From: a virus
Taxonomy: Duplodnaviria > Caudoviricetes
DNA length: 42,903 nt
Virus record (IMG/VR): IMGVR_UViG_3300037631_002846
Location: 1-42,903 of that record
Strand: one strand, 5' to 3'
Numbering within the stretch: position 1 is the first letter of the stretch; each line of letters starts with the position of its first letter. Of this stretch, positions 17,730 to 27,447 are shown piece after piece. The position numbers and the translations under genes are program-made. The notes under the pieces were generated by a model. That model ran no database searches. It saw only the letters and a list, made by a program, of their open reading frames with translations, and was not told the DNA's origin.

Positions 17730-19598
17730 TTATTTTTTATTGGCATATATGCTGTCTAAATAATTTGAAATTCCTTTATCTATTAATGAAGTATTTAATT
17801 GAGCATCAATTCCTGGAAATAAATTTACTGGGTTGTATCCAATTAAATAATTAATTAAAAACTTTTCAATTTTTTCTGGTTTGTTTATATCAAATGTATT
17901 GGTTTCTATTTCTTTTGTGTTATAAGTTGCTGTGCCAGCAAGATTATAAGTCATTAATGGTGTGCCATCTGTATTAGTCTGTAGGTTCCCACTTTGGTCC
18001 GTGGCTTGTACAAGACTAACCCCACCTTCTTTTACAATTCTAGGGGTCTTCATTACAACTTTATCTCCTTCAATTTTAAAAACTAAGTTTGGAATTTTAG
18101 ACTTTAAAATATTTTTAAAATCATTAGCTAATTTTTCTTTTTCTTTTTTATCCTCGTTAATAGTGTTAATGCTAAATGGCGTTGATTTTGGTACTGAGTA
18201 ATCATAAAGAGTTTCCATTGCATTTTTTATTGACTGATAAGATCCATATGCTTTAAATTGCCACTCTTTAAACTCAGGAACTTCTACTTTATCTTCTTTA
18301 AATAGTTTGTAATTTGCTTTCCTATTTGCACTCTCTGATGTGTTAATTTCTTCTTTACCTGGCTTGGTTGCCTTCATTTCACTCATTTTTATCCAAAGGT
18401 AAGCTCTTTTAAGGTTGTTCCAGTCCTCTTGTTCATAACCCTTTGTTGCAGACCTATCTTTAGTATGGTCTCTAACATACCTACCTCCTTTAAGTCCAGG
18501 ACTACCAAACTTAACGGTTTCCATCACTAAGTTTCCGTCATTGTCTACAACAAACTCTCCGCCTTCTTCTCTTGGTACCTCCATCTCAAGCATACCTTCA
18601 CTATCTTTTCTCATTCCAGCTATATTAGCTGCTCTAGAGTTAAGGAAAGATACACCACTTCCGTCATTTAATGACCCTGCAATTAAATTTACCTCTGCAT
18701 TTGTAAATGACTGAATACTTCTTTTTATGTCGTTATACCTTGGGACTTGCTTGTCGTAAACATCAATACCGTTTGAAGAAACTCTTTGGGATGTTTCAAA
18801 TAAATTTCTAGAAAGCAAGTTATCATCCCCCATAATCTTAAGGTCTTGAAGCTGTTTGTTCATGCCACTAAGTCCAGGAACCGTAGCCATTTGGTTACCG
18901 TAATTGTTTTCATCTCCATTTGCATTGTCTAACGCATTTTTGTTTTCAGTGTAGGAGGTCTTGTGCTTTGTTTTAATGCTTCCATCTGCGTTCAGGTATT
19001 GACTACTACCAGTTTCTTTATAAAGCTTCTTATACATCTCCTCTACCGCTGGTCCCTCAGTTACTCTAAACCACTCTCCACCTCCATCTTCTGAGTACTC
19101 CCACTCCCATGAAACTTTTCCTTGCGTGTCCATATTGGGGTTTCCAATGTCTTGTGCAATAGCAAAGAAAGGATCTGTTTGAGACATGTCTATCATTCCC
19201 TCTGCGTTACCAACACCTTTATTCTGCATTATTTTGTTATACTCTTCATCTACGTAAAGAAGTGCAGAGAACGTGTCTCCTATTCTAGCTATTTCTGATT
19301 GAGTGTTTGAGACAAATTTTTCATCCCACTCGCTACCTTCATAGGGGCCATCCGCCGTACCAAGCCTAATCTTTGCATTGGCTAGTTGCTCAACCATTTT
19401 ATTTGTTTGCTGTATAAGACTTTCTCTATTCACGCCTTTTTCAAGCCCCGTTGTGATTATGCCAGCTTGCAACTGTGCGGCAGAATTTAAAGTAGATTGT
19501 CTGTACTGCCAATTTGCTTTTTCCTTTGCATCGGATAATCTCTGCTCCTCTCTTGCAGCATTAATTTGACTTTGAACTATGTCTGTAAGTTTGCCCAT
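17730..19598 (-). CDS. Putative internal virion (ejection) protein, 622 aa
   Basis: Middle gene of a small/medium/giant trio after the tail genes, as in podovirus ejectosome operons; coiled-coil N-terminus. Confidence 0.6.
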   Translation of the reverse strand: MGKLTDIVQSQINAAREEQRLSDAKEKANWQYRQSTLNSAAQLQAGIITTGLEKGVNRESLIQQTNKMVEQLANAKIRLGTADGPYEGSEWDEKFVSNTQSEIARIGDTFSALLYVDEEYNKIMQNKGVGNAEGMIDMSQTDPFFAIAQDIGNPNMDTQGKVSWEWEYSEDGGGEWFRVTEGPAVEEMYKKLYKETGSSQYLNADGSIKTKHKTSYTENKNALDNANGDENNYGNQMATVPGLSGMNKQLQDLKIMGDDNLLSRNLFETSQRVSSNGIDVYDKQVPRYNDIKRSIQSFTNAEVNLIAGSLNDGSGVSFLNSRAANIAGMRKDSEGMLEMEVPREEGGEFVVDNDGNLVMETVKFGSPGLKGGRYVRDHTKDRSATKGYEQEDWNNLKRAYLWIKMSEMKATKPGKEEINTSESANRKANYKLFKEDKVEVPEFKEWQFKAYGSYQSIKNAMETLYDYSVPKSTPFSINTINEDKKEKEKLANDFKNILKSKIPNLVFKIEGDKVVMKTPRIVKEGGVSLVQATDQSGNLQTNTDGTPLMTYNLAGTATYNTKEIETNTFDINKPEKIEKFLINYLIGYNPVNLFPGIDAQLNTSLIDKGISNYLDSIYANKK

Positions 19599-19607
19599 AA
19601 TATTTAT

Positions 19608-20243
19608 CTACTTTTTACTAAATGCTTTAAAATCAAGATCACCAGTACTTGCAGAGGTTAAGCCCCCTGATATTGCTCCAAATATATCAGACGTTGCCTG
19701 ATTACCTGCAGCCTCTCCCATTGCCTTTCTACCCTGTGCTGCGTCATAATCAACTTGTGCTCTGTCAAGCTGTATAAGATCTCTCTTGTCTTGCTCTCTG
19801 TAAGAAAATTCTTCTGCTGCTGCTCTTTGTGCTTGAAGGTTTTGCTCGCCTTGTGCCGCTAATTTTTGATTAGCTGACTCTTGTCCCTCTATACTAGCTG
19901 CAACTCCCTTTTTACTTTGTAAGGCCGCCTGTGCTAATGCAGTGGCACCACCTGCTCCACCACCCGTTGCACGTATTGTGTCAAGCGTGTTTGCAAGTGC
20001 AATATCTGTTTGCTCCATTTGCATTTCTGCCGCTTGAGTTGCCACCCCTAAATTATTAAATGGATTGCTTAAATTTGCTGCAAGATCAGGTATTTCAACT
20101 CTAGATTCCTCTAATGCATTAATTCTTGCTTCCGCTCTTCTACGGTCTTTTTCTCCAGACCTTTTTTCTTTTCTTGCTTTAGACCCTTTAATTAAGGCAC
20201 CCGTTAATCCAACGGCAGTAGCACCTACTAGTAAAAATGACAT
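19608..20243 (-). CDS. Putative ejection/DNA pilot protein (Ala/Gln/Gly-rich)
   Basis: Hydrophobic N-terminus (SFLLVGATAVGLTGALI), GGGAGGATALAQAA segment, coiled coil and Gly-rich amphipathic C-terminus. Confidence 0.65.
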   Translation of the reverse strand: MSFLLVGATAVGLTGALIKGSKARKEKRSGEKDRRRAEARINALEESRVEIPDLAANLSNPFNNLGVATQAAEMQMEQTDIALANTLDTIRATGGGAGGATALAQAALQSKKGVAASIEGQESANQKLAAQGEQNLQAQRAAAEEFSYREQDKRDLIQLDRAQVDYDAAQGRKAMGEAAGNQATSDIFGAISGGLTSASTGDLDFKAFSKK

Positions 20244-20244
20244 A

Positions 20245-20691
20245 TTAATTATTTATTTTATTAAACTCCTCAACGTTCATAGAAACAATCTCAGACTCTA
20301 ACTGCGATATGTCTTTTGTGTTTGATGGGTTTTTGTGAATGTTTACAAATATTGATTCTTCGTGGGCGTATATAACCCTTTTTGATCCTGGACTTGATAC
20401 CATGTAACAAGGAGCTACATGGTCAATAATATTTCCATTGTCATTTATAGATACTTTACCAGTTAAAAGAAACCACACATGCTCATGGTTATGTATTGCT
20501 CCTACAATAACATAATCTTTTGGCATGGTCATCTGCCTAATGTATATTTGGTCTGCAAAGCTGTGTTTAATTGGTATGTTATCAGAAGAAGCTATCTCCT
20601 CACCTGTACCAAAAAATCCCTCTAAATGATTGTTTTCAACCACAAAGTCCTGCAGATTCTGTACGCTTGTATCTATTTTTTTTAATTTCAT
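20245..20691 (-). CDS. Cupin (RmlC-like) protein
   Basis: HSFADQIYIRQMTMPK..VIVGAIHNHEHVWFLLTGKV...APCYMVSSPGSKR...FVNIH; His-rich double-stranded beta-helix pattern. Confidence 0.75.
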   Translation of the reverse strand: MKLKKIDTSVQNLQDFVVENNHLEGFFGTGEEIASSDNIPIKHSFADQIYIRQMTMPKDYVIVGAIHNHEHVWFLLTGKVSINDNGNIIDHVAPCYMVSSPGSKRVIYAHEESIFVNIHKNPSNTKDISQLESEIVSMNVEEFNKINN

Positions 20692-20695
20692 TTAA

Positions 20696-22453
20696 TTAAG
20701 ATTTCACAAAGTTAGATGACACTGCAAACAATGTTTTTGCTCCACCTAAGTCCGTAGTATTATCTGTACTTATTTTTACGGTAGCAAAGTAACCCTTTAT
20801 TCCACTCATGCTTGAGTTTGAGTTAACTTGCCCTGGCATTCCAAATGGTATTGGCTGAGTTACAGCCCCTGTTGAGTCAACACCTTTGTTAACTAGGTTG
20901 GCGTAATACTTGTTTTCTCTCCTATCAAAACCAGCTCTATATGTTACACCTCCCTCTACGTATGCTCCCTCATCGTAGCTATATACAAGTGATGTTTTAT
21001 CTTGATAGTTTATTGACTCTAAACTAAATCCCGTTGAGTCTGATAAAAAATAATCCGACTGCCAACCGTTAGACCCTTCATAGTTTACTGTCTGAAAGTT
21101 CTTTGATATAGAGACCTCGGGATTAAAAGAAATCGTAACAGATGTTGGATAATACGTTCCATAGAAAGTACCTCTATTATTAATTACACTTTTATCGTAA
21201 TGTTTCCAAATAGATGCACCTTTACATGTGTAATAACTACTATTTAATGTACCTCCAAATCTTGGGGCATAGTCCCAAAAACTTGTCCAAGCATTATTTG
21301 ATTCATTAAATGATAATGTATTGTATGTTTCTGCATCATCATCCTCATTAAATACCTGTGTTGATACAACATACTTATCGTGGTAGTTGTCATATGCTCC
21401 AACCACTTTGTCGTTAACATAACTAAACAAGGAGATCTCCCCTGCATTAACAAGGTTATTTTCTATGGGCTTATCAAAAATAATATCTAGATTATTTTCC
21501 CCAATATATAGTTGAACTGTATTGCCAAATAAGCTGTTGGCCAAATATTTTATTCCTTTTACATAAAGATTATTAGGAGTTACACCCAATATACCCATGC
21601 CTATTTCTATATTATCTGGAGTTTCTAGAGCTTCTGCACCCACAGGTATAAAAATAAACCTTTTATCGGTGGTTACAAAAGAAAAGAAAGTGTTTTCTTT
21701 TGATTTATTTATAGTGGTAACAGTAGCTAGGTCATCTCTAAAGAAGTCTCTCATTCCATACGAGCTTATCTCTGTTATACCATCTCTTGACAATCTTAAA
21801 ATAGCTCCTCTGCTTCTGTCAGAAAAATACATTCTGTATCCTTTAAAGGCAAAAGATTCTGGATTTTGACTAATACCGTATTCTCCGGTATATTGGTTAA
21901 TCTGGCCTAAAACTAACCTTGAAGCTGTTAATGCGGGGTTTCCATCTGCAGTGTATATTGCGTCTTTGTCTACTAAAGCATTACTAACTTTATCTTCCTG
22001 AAATATTATTAGGTTGGTGTCAGTGGTGTATAACTTTTGTATGCCTCCGTATCTTGGGTCAACCTCTTTTGTTATGTTCTCCCCCGTAGAAAAAACGTTA
22101 GTTTCGTTTAGTCCAGTTAATTGATTGTATAGTCCAGAGTATATTATTCCGTTGCTAAGTATTAATTCTGAGTCTTCAGACTCTGTTATGTATGCCTTTA
22201 CTCCAAAATCTACTGATGTATTATTGTACCCTCCTCGTATCCTAGACTCTTCTATGTACCAATACTTTGTTTGGTAAACCGGGGAGCCTAAAGTATACAA
22301 AGGAAATCTTGGGTATCCTTCTATATTACTCCATGCTAGACCAGGCCAAACAGCAGCTCCAGATGATTGCTGATCAATTACTTCACCAACTCCTGTTGCA
22401 ACCTTTTTTAACAAAAAAGAATTAAAATATTGTACTTCTGTAGTAGCGCTCAT
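20696..22453 (-). CDS. Tail stabilisation/muzzle protein, C-terminal part (P22 gp10/crAss muzzle-like)
   Basis: YGGIQKL..DTNLIIFQEDKVS, GEYGISQNPESFA..G.RMYFSD..RGAILRL..DGITEIS, TLSFNE..NAWTSF beta-propeller repeats. Confidence 0.75.
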   Translation of the reverse strand: MSATTEVQYFNSFLLKKVATGVGEVIDQQSSGAAVWPGLAWSNIEGYPRFPLYTLGSPVYQTKYWYIEESRIRGGYNNTSVDFGVKAYITESEDSELILSNGIIYSGLYNQLTGLNETNVFSTGENITKEVDPRYGGIQKLYTTDTNLIIFQEDKVSNALVDKDAIYTADGNPALTASRLVLGQINQYTGEYGISQNPESFAFKGYRMYFSDRSRGAILRLSRDGITEISSYGMRDFFRDDLATVTTINKSKENTFFSFVTTDKRFIFIPVGAEALETPDNIEIGMGILGVTPNNLYVKGIKYLANSLFGNTVQLYIGENNLDIIFDKPIENNLVNAGEISLFSYVNDKVVGAYDNYHDKYVVSTQVFNEDDDAETYNTLSFNESNNAWTSFWDYAPRFGGTLNSSYYTCKGASIWKHYDKSVINNRGTFYGTYYPTSVTISFNPEVSISKNFQTVNYEGSNGWQSDYFLSDSTGFSLESINYQDKTSLVYSYDEGAYVEGGVTYRAGFDRRENKYYANLVNKGVDSTGAVTQPIPFGMPGQVNSNSSMSGIKGYFATVKISTDNTTDLGGAKTLFAVSSNFVKS

Positions 22454-22476
22454 TTATATGTTTTTTATAATAAGTT

Positions 22477-25400
22477 TTAAGGATTGTTAACTCTCAGTAT
22501 AAAAGAAAAATCTTCTATTGATTTAGAGCCAACACCAGCATTAGTAACAACTACTGGCTCATTGGATAGCGGAGTTGTAACTATGCTGTTATAAGCCGCA
22601 TCCATCACCCTCATAGTTATTAAGTATTCTGTTTGCACACTTGCATCTTGAGGATTTTGGTTAGGAGTGTATAACCCTGGAAATTTAGTATACTCCCACT
22701 CGCCAGTATCGGAATTATAATTAGATTCTGTCCTTTCCTCTAAAGACGTAACTGTAGGATTAAATACCTTAACGTTATCTACATTTATTTGTAGTGACTC
22801 CTTTAAAGGACCCGCAGCCGGGGAAGGGTCGGGAACAAGTCTTACATATTTTTCTGCTTTTTTTCTATCATCATAAAACCAAGGGTAACCGACCGAAAGA
22901 TTCGGCAGCTTTATGTAAACACTTTGTATAGTTATTGAAAGTCCTTCTTTGTAAAGTAGATTACTTAATGCACCATTCCTAAAATCAAATAAAAGGCCTG
23001 TATCAATAAACCCTGCACTATCTTCTACCGGTAGCTGAAAGTCATATGTACCCCAAAAAGTTGTTGTACCACCTCGTGTAATTCTATTACCATAAGTTAA
23101 ATTAGAGTCCATGCTAGCAGTATACTGCGTTATATTTTGCTTGCTAGAAACAGAATTACTACCCGTGGCAGATATAGGAGGTAAATTTTTCAGCACACTT
23201 TTTGAAGCATTTACAGTTACAGTGCTTTTTAAATCCTCCGTAACACCTGATTGTGCAACAACAAACTCTATTGTAAACTTGTATTTGTCGTTAATGGAAC
23301 TATTAGCTGTGTAAACAAAACTAGCACTTGAGGTTGTTTTTATATACCACCCTGAAGTTCCATTAGCTTGTAATTCAAAAAGATTACTACCTGTTATATC
23401 TATGTCGTTGCCTGAAAAAACAGACACTATCTTTGCAGTAACAGTCACTCCATCCACACCTTGTAAATCTAAACCTTGATAATTTTTAACAATAAACGAA
23501 CTTCCAGGAGTATTTAGTTCTTCTCCACCCGCGGTGCTTTCGTTAAGATTAAAAGACCAATTATCAATTGCAACAGCCGTTAATCCAGCGTCCCCAAATT
23601 CTATATCCTTATTAAGCTCAGATATTAATCCTGACGTAGTAGTCTCGTAAAATATATCTATTTCAGACTTAGTTGGAGCTGTTTCATAAACATTTAATGT
23701 TGTATTTTCAAATGTTATAGGGAAATCTGATGGAACTGACGGGGATGAAGTTGCTGTAGGGAATCCCCCAATCGCACCAATTGTTTTTTGTGTGGATATT
23801 CTACCTATAAGTGGATTACGCCCTACCGCATTAAGTTTGGGCATACCATAAAATGGAGACTCAGTATAATCTTCCCCATCTACGTCTTTATCTAGCCCTG
23901 TTTCATCTCTTAATCCTATACTTACAACCTTGTCTGGTGTAGTACTAGGTATAAACTGAAAAGAATTAGATTGGTTTGACTTATATATTGAGTTAGTAAC
24001 CCTGCCGAATAGTTTTTCTGAGCTTGAAAACTGTACTTGATTAGGCCCAACCTCTTGTAAGTCTCTTGGGACTTTATTTATGTTGTCAGAAAACAAAGTT
24101 ATAAAAGCTACGCTGTTTGATATTCCAGTTAAAGGGGCTGTGGGTTTGACCTGGGGGGAATTATTTAATACACTTGGCAAATATACGTTGTAGTACTCTT
24201 GCTCTTTTTGTTGCACTACTAACTTGTAACTGTACCAGCCTAATGGATTTTCTGGACTATATAATCCAATATACCCTGGTGAAGAAATTTCAGAAGGTAT
24301 TTGTTGTGACCACAAAGCTTTAAGTGAGCTACCTCTATATACATTCGGTCTCTCCCCTTGTCCTGAAATAAATGCTGTATTAACAGTATTATACTTGTTG
24401 TACCCTGTTGCAAACTCAGATAAAATAACATCAGATTGTCTTCCATATCTGTCAGACAACACTACTCCAAGGGTATATGACCTGTTTTGTTTTAATACGT
24501 GGTTTGGATACTCTATTTCGCTGTAAGAACCAAACTGCCCTAGCTTGGCCTTTTCTCCTAAAGCTATGGTATACCCTAAAGTTTTTGGTCTGGCAGTCCT
24601 CACTAAATAGTTTCCGTACATCACTCTATTTCCAGCAACTTCTTGAGCCTTAGCTCTAATTGGCACCTTGTCAGAGGCCCTTGATGTTTCGTTTGATGGT
24701 AAGGTTTTTATAGGTGCCTGAGATGTGTAGTTGTATGTTATTCTATTTGTGTCTGTTATGGCTCGTAACTCTTCAGTCGTAATAGTGTTAACGACCTTAA
24801 TAGCCACTTGATCTGACTCCTTATATAGGATGTCAATTTCTTTTACATGTAGGTCGTCCGGCAAGGCACTAACAGTTGAAACGCCCTCTGGCATAGTAAT
24901 AACTATTCCAACAGTGTTTACTTTGTTTTCCATAAATGAAACTATCGTGCTCTGCACAGCGTTAACTTCATCTGATTGTGCTGCGTCATCATTTATATCA
25001 TCAGGTCCTCCGCCTGTATCATTTTGCTTATCTAAAAAATATCCATCTTGTTTTGGTATAAACGCCGCTTGCGTAAATGGTGCCGCAAGAGAATACTCGT
25101 CATTGTCGTACTTAAACCTATAACTAAACCTAACAAACTTATCTGAAAGATACTCGCTGTCACCTTTAAAGTTATCATCGTAGTACGGGTTGGCGCCTAC
25201 AAGAACTTTTATTGGGTCTGTTGGGTTTGTTGGTATTGTTGTGGTGCTATCGTGATATATCCTATATTCTCCTCCTGGCCTAGTATTGGGTACGTTTGGC
25301 GGTGTGCTTGGCACTATTGGTGGCAATGGCACATCAAAATTTGTAGCCCTAACTTGCGTTATTTTTGCGGCAGGACCTAGATTTATATCATTAGATGTAA

Positions 25401-26499
25401 TGTGTGCACCAATCCAATTGTTTAATTGGCCGTAGTTAGCAGGTCCAAATTTAGGGTCTGCAATTTCAAATGTTTTATTAGTATTATCAACGTTTGATAT
25501 TTCCCAATATTGCATACCAGGCAAACCCTCAGAGGTTACGTCCTTCATTGTGGAATCTTTAAAAAGATTGCCATCCCGAACCTCTAATTCTATATTGCCA
25601 ACCATATTAGCAGTGCCAGTTCCTGGTGGGTTAGGAAAAGTCTGGTCTATTAATGACGGTGTTATTGTAACATATTGACCTGCAGCGTAACCAGTACCAG
25701 TTGTGTACGTAGGATAATTTGTAGCATACACGGTTGCGGCTATTACTTCATTGTTAAGTGCGTATATTGCAAACTGACCTTGTTGGCCTTCGCCAGGCGC
25801 ACTTTGAGCAAAAGTTCCGAAATATTGCCCATCGTCAATCTGGTCAGGCTGCTGAGTAACTCGCATTGGGCTATTATCCAATAGACTGCCCGCTGAACTA
25901 TTTGCTGCTAACATAGGAGGTTGCCATGGATAGTACTTAGCAACAGATATGTTGTCTTCATTACTATAATACCCCGGAGTTTCTAGTGCTTTTTTAACAT
26001 TTATTTTTCTTGGTTGATTTCTATTGTCTGTAAAAAACAATAAATCCTCTAATAGATTTATGCCAAGAACTGGTTTTGTTTTTGAGAAGTTTAGAAATGC
26101 TCCGCTAACGAGTACACTACCCTGTGCCTTGTTTACGTCGTACATACATATATAATGGCTTGATCCAGTAAAAAAACCTACATTGTCAACGGATTTTGAG
26201 CTTGACGCAAAATTATCTAAGCCACTAGCCGATGTATCATTCCAGTTTGTAATAAAGCAAAATAATCTATCATTTGCAGTGTCTATGTAAAATCCTATTA
26301 TTTCAAGACCCTTGTCCGTAAGTCCAAAGTCTGTTTCTAGTATGTTCCCAGGAACATTTTGTAGCTGTCCTGAATCTCCTCCCTCAGAGTTTATTATAAC
26401 AGCATTCCTTGCATCTACGTACTCTCTATTTGAAATTAATCTAGGTGTAAGATCTTTGTTCATCTTAGCCCCTAGAAAAAGATTTTTAACCTCTGCCAT
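22477..26499 (-). CDS. Tail stabilisation/muzzle protein, N-terminal part with inserted beta-rich domains (1340 aa)
   Basis: KMNKDL.PRL....EY.DARN start, LLFFTDNRNQPRKIN, RFSYRFKY...EYS, AKAQEVAGNRVMYGNY, LKQNRSYTLGVVLSDRYGR. Confidence 0.75.
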   Translation of the reverse strand: MAEVKNLFLGAKMNKDLTPRLISNREYVDARNAVIINSEGGDSGQLQNVPGNILETDFGLTDKGLEIIGFYIDTANDRLFCFITNWNDTSASGLDNFASSSKSVDNVGFFTGSSHYICMYDVNKAQGSVLVSGAFLNFSKTKPVLGINLLEDLLFFTDNRNQPRKINVKKALETPGYYSNEDNISVAKYYPWQPPMLAANSSAGSLLDNSPMRVTQQPDQIDDGQYFGTFAQSAPGEGQQGQFAIYALNNEVIAATVYATNYPTYTTGTGYAAGQYVTITPSLIDQTFPNPPGTGTANMVGNIELEVRDGNLFKDSTMKDVTSEGLPGMQYWEISNVDNTNKTFEIADPKFGPANYGQLNNWIGAHITSNDINLGPAAKITQVRATNFDVPLPPIVPSTPPNVPNTRPGGEYRIYHDSTTTIPTNPTDPIKVLVGANPYYDDNFKGDSEYLSDKFVRFSYRFKYDNDEYSLAAPFTQAAFIPKQDGYFLDKQNDTGGGPDDINDDAAQSDEVNAVQSTIVSFMENKVNTVGIVITMPEGVSTVSALPDDLHVKEIDILYKESDQVAIKVVNTITTEELRAITDTNRITYNYTSQAPIKTLPSNETSRASDKVPIRAKAQEVAGNRVMYGNYLVRTARPKTLGYTIALGEKAKLGQFGSYSEIEYPNHVLKQNRSYTLGVVLSDRYGRQSDVILSEFATGYNKYNTVNTAFISGQGERPNVYRGSSLKALWSQQIPSEISSPGYIGLYSPENPLGWYSYKLVVQQKEQEYYNVYLPSVLNNSPQVKPTAPLTGISNSVAFITLFSDNINKVPRDLQEVGPNQVQFSSSEKLFGRVTNSIYKSNQSNSFQFIPSTTPDKVVSIGLRDETGLDKDVDGEDYTESPFYGMPKLNAVGRNPLIGRISTQKTIGAIGGFPTATSSPSVPSDFPITFENTTLNVYETAPTKSEIDIFYETTTSGLISELNKDIEFGDAGLTAVAIDNWSFNLNESTAGGEELNTPGSSFIVKNYQGLDLQGVDGVTVTAKIVSVFSGNDIDITGSNLFELQANGTSGWYIKTTSSASFVYTANSSINDKYKFTIEFVVAQSGVTEDLKSTVTVNASKSVLKNLPPISATGSNSVSSKQNITQYTASMDSNLTYGNRITRGGTTTFWGTYDFQLPVEDSAGFIDTGLLFDFRNGALSNLLYKEGLSITIQSVYIKLPNLSVGYPWFYDDRKKAEKYVRLVPDPSPAAGPLKESLQINVDNVKVFNPTVTSLEERTESNYNSDTGEWEYTKFPGLYTPNQNPQDASVQTEYLITMRVMDAAYNSIVTTPLSNEPVVVTNAGVGSKSIEDFSFILRVNNP

Positions 26500-26502
26500 G
26501 TT

Positions 26503-27441
26503 TTATGATTTTATCCATTTAGATTTTCCTCTCATTATTTGAGTCAGCTCTTCTATTTTAATGTTAGATAATCTTATTTTTGCATTCCTTAATTTAGCAC
26601 TTCTTTCCCTCTTTAGTCTCTGTACAATGTATTCAGGTTGGTTAACTCTACCCGCTATTATAGCGTGGCTTATATGAGCGTACATAGCCTCTTCTATCAT
26701 CTTAGGAACCCTAGTATCCAAGTCGTACGCTAAACCGTCTGAGATGTACTCTATAACGATTAGACGACCTTTTAAGTTACTTGAGAATGTAAATACTCCT
26801 CTTACGTCGTCAACACCAAACCATCCGTTGTTTTGAGTTAATGCGGTGTCTTCTCCATATCTCTGTCCATATGCAGCGCCCCAATAAATATTTCCAACAT
26901 AATCATCCGCTATGTCGTACCCATCGTTCAAAGAATCTGCATTGTACAGTCCCGTTATCTTTTTAGTGTCAGCTTCTCTCCATCTTTCTACAGTCTGTGG
27001 TGGGTCTGTGTCTATGTTTTCCCCAAGATTGTCTTGTATAGGCACTCCTGTAGAGTCTTGCTCTAAGGCCTCTGCTGGGTTTATTGTAAGATTTGTGTTT
27101 GGGTATATAATTCTTTTTACCCCTAACTTGTCAATGCAAGATAACCTAACATAGTTAACATAATCTTGAGGCATTATGGCTGTTAAACTTGGTGATATAG
27201 TTAGCTCTTGCGACTTAATGGTTCTTAATGTGTCGTAACTAAACTCTTGCATCCCACGTTTTGCGTGGAATATTATGTCTGTCCTCTTGGCGCTTGGTAT
27301 AAGTTTACCTGCACCAATGTAGGCAACCATAAAGTTATTGATGACATCATTTAACGATGTGTACTGATAGCCTCCGTAATTGTCACCATCGTAGTATTCT
27401 GCATTAGTTTCGGTGATTAAACCACCATTTGGATTTGGCAT
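26503..27441 (-). CDS. Tail ring/tubular (head-tail connector) protein
   Basis: PQDYVNYVRLS, IVIEYISDG, VPKMIEEAMYAHI; positioned between the capsid and muzzle genes. Confidence 0.65.
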   Translation of the reverse strand: MPNPNGGLITETNAEYYDGDNYGGYQYTSLNDVINNFMVAYIGAGKLIPSAKRTDIIFHAKRGMQEFSYDTLRTIKSQELTISPSLTAIMPQDYVNYVRLSCIDKLGVKRIIYPNTNLTINPAEALEQDSTGVPIQDNLGENIDTDPPQTVERWREADTKKITGLYNADSLNDGYDIADDYVGNIYWGAAYGQRYGEDTALTQNNGWFGVDDVRGVFTFSSNLKGRLIVIEYISDGLAYDLDTRVPKMIEEAMYAHISHAIIAGRVNQPEYIVQRLKRERSAKLRNAKIRLSNIKIEELTQIMRGKSKWIKS

Positions 27442-27447
27442 ATCTTA

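Noticed and set aside
22454-22499. Frameshift or readthrough joining the two muzzle ORFs
   Set aside because: No slippery heptamer or downstream structure, and the second ORF has its own AU-rich start.
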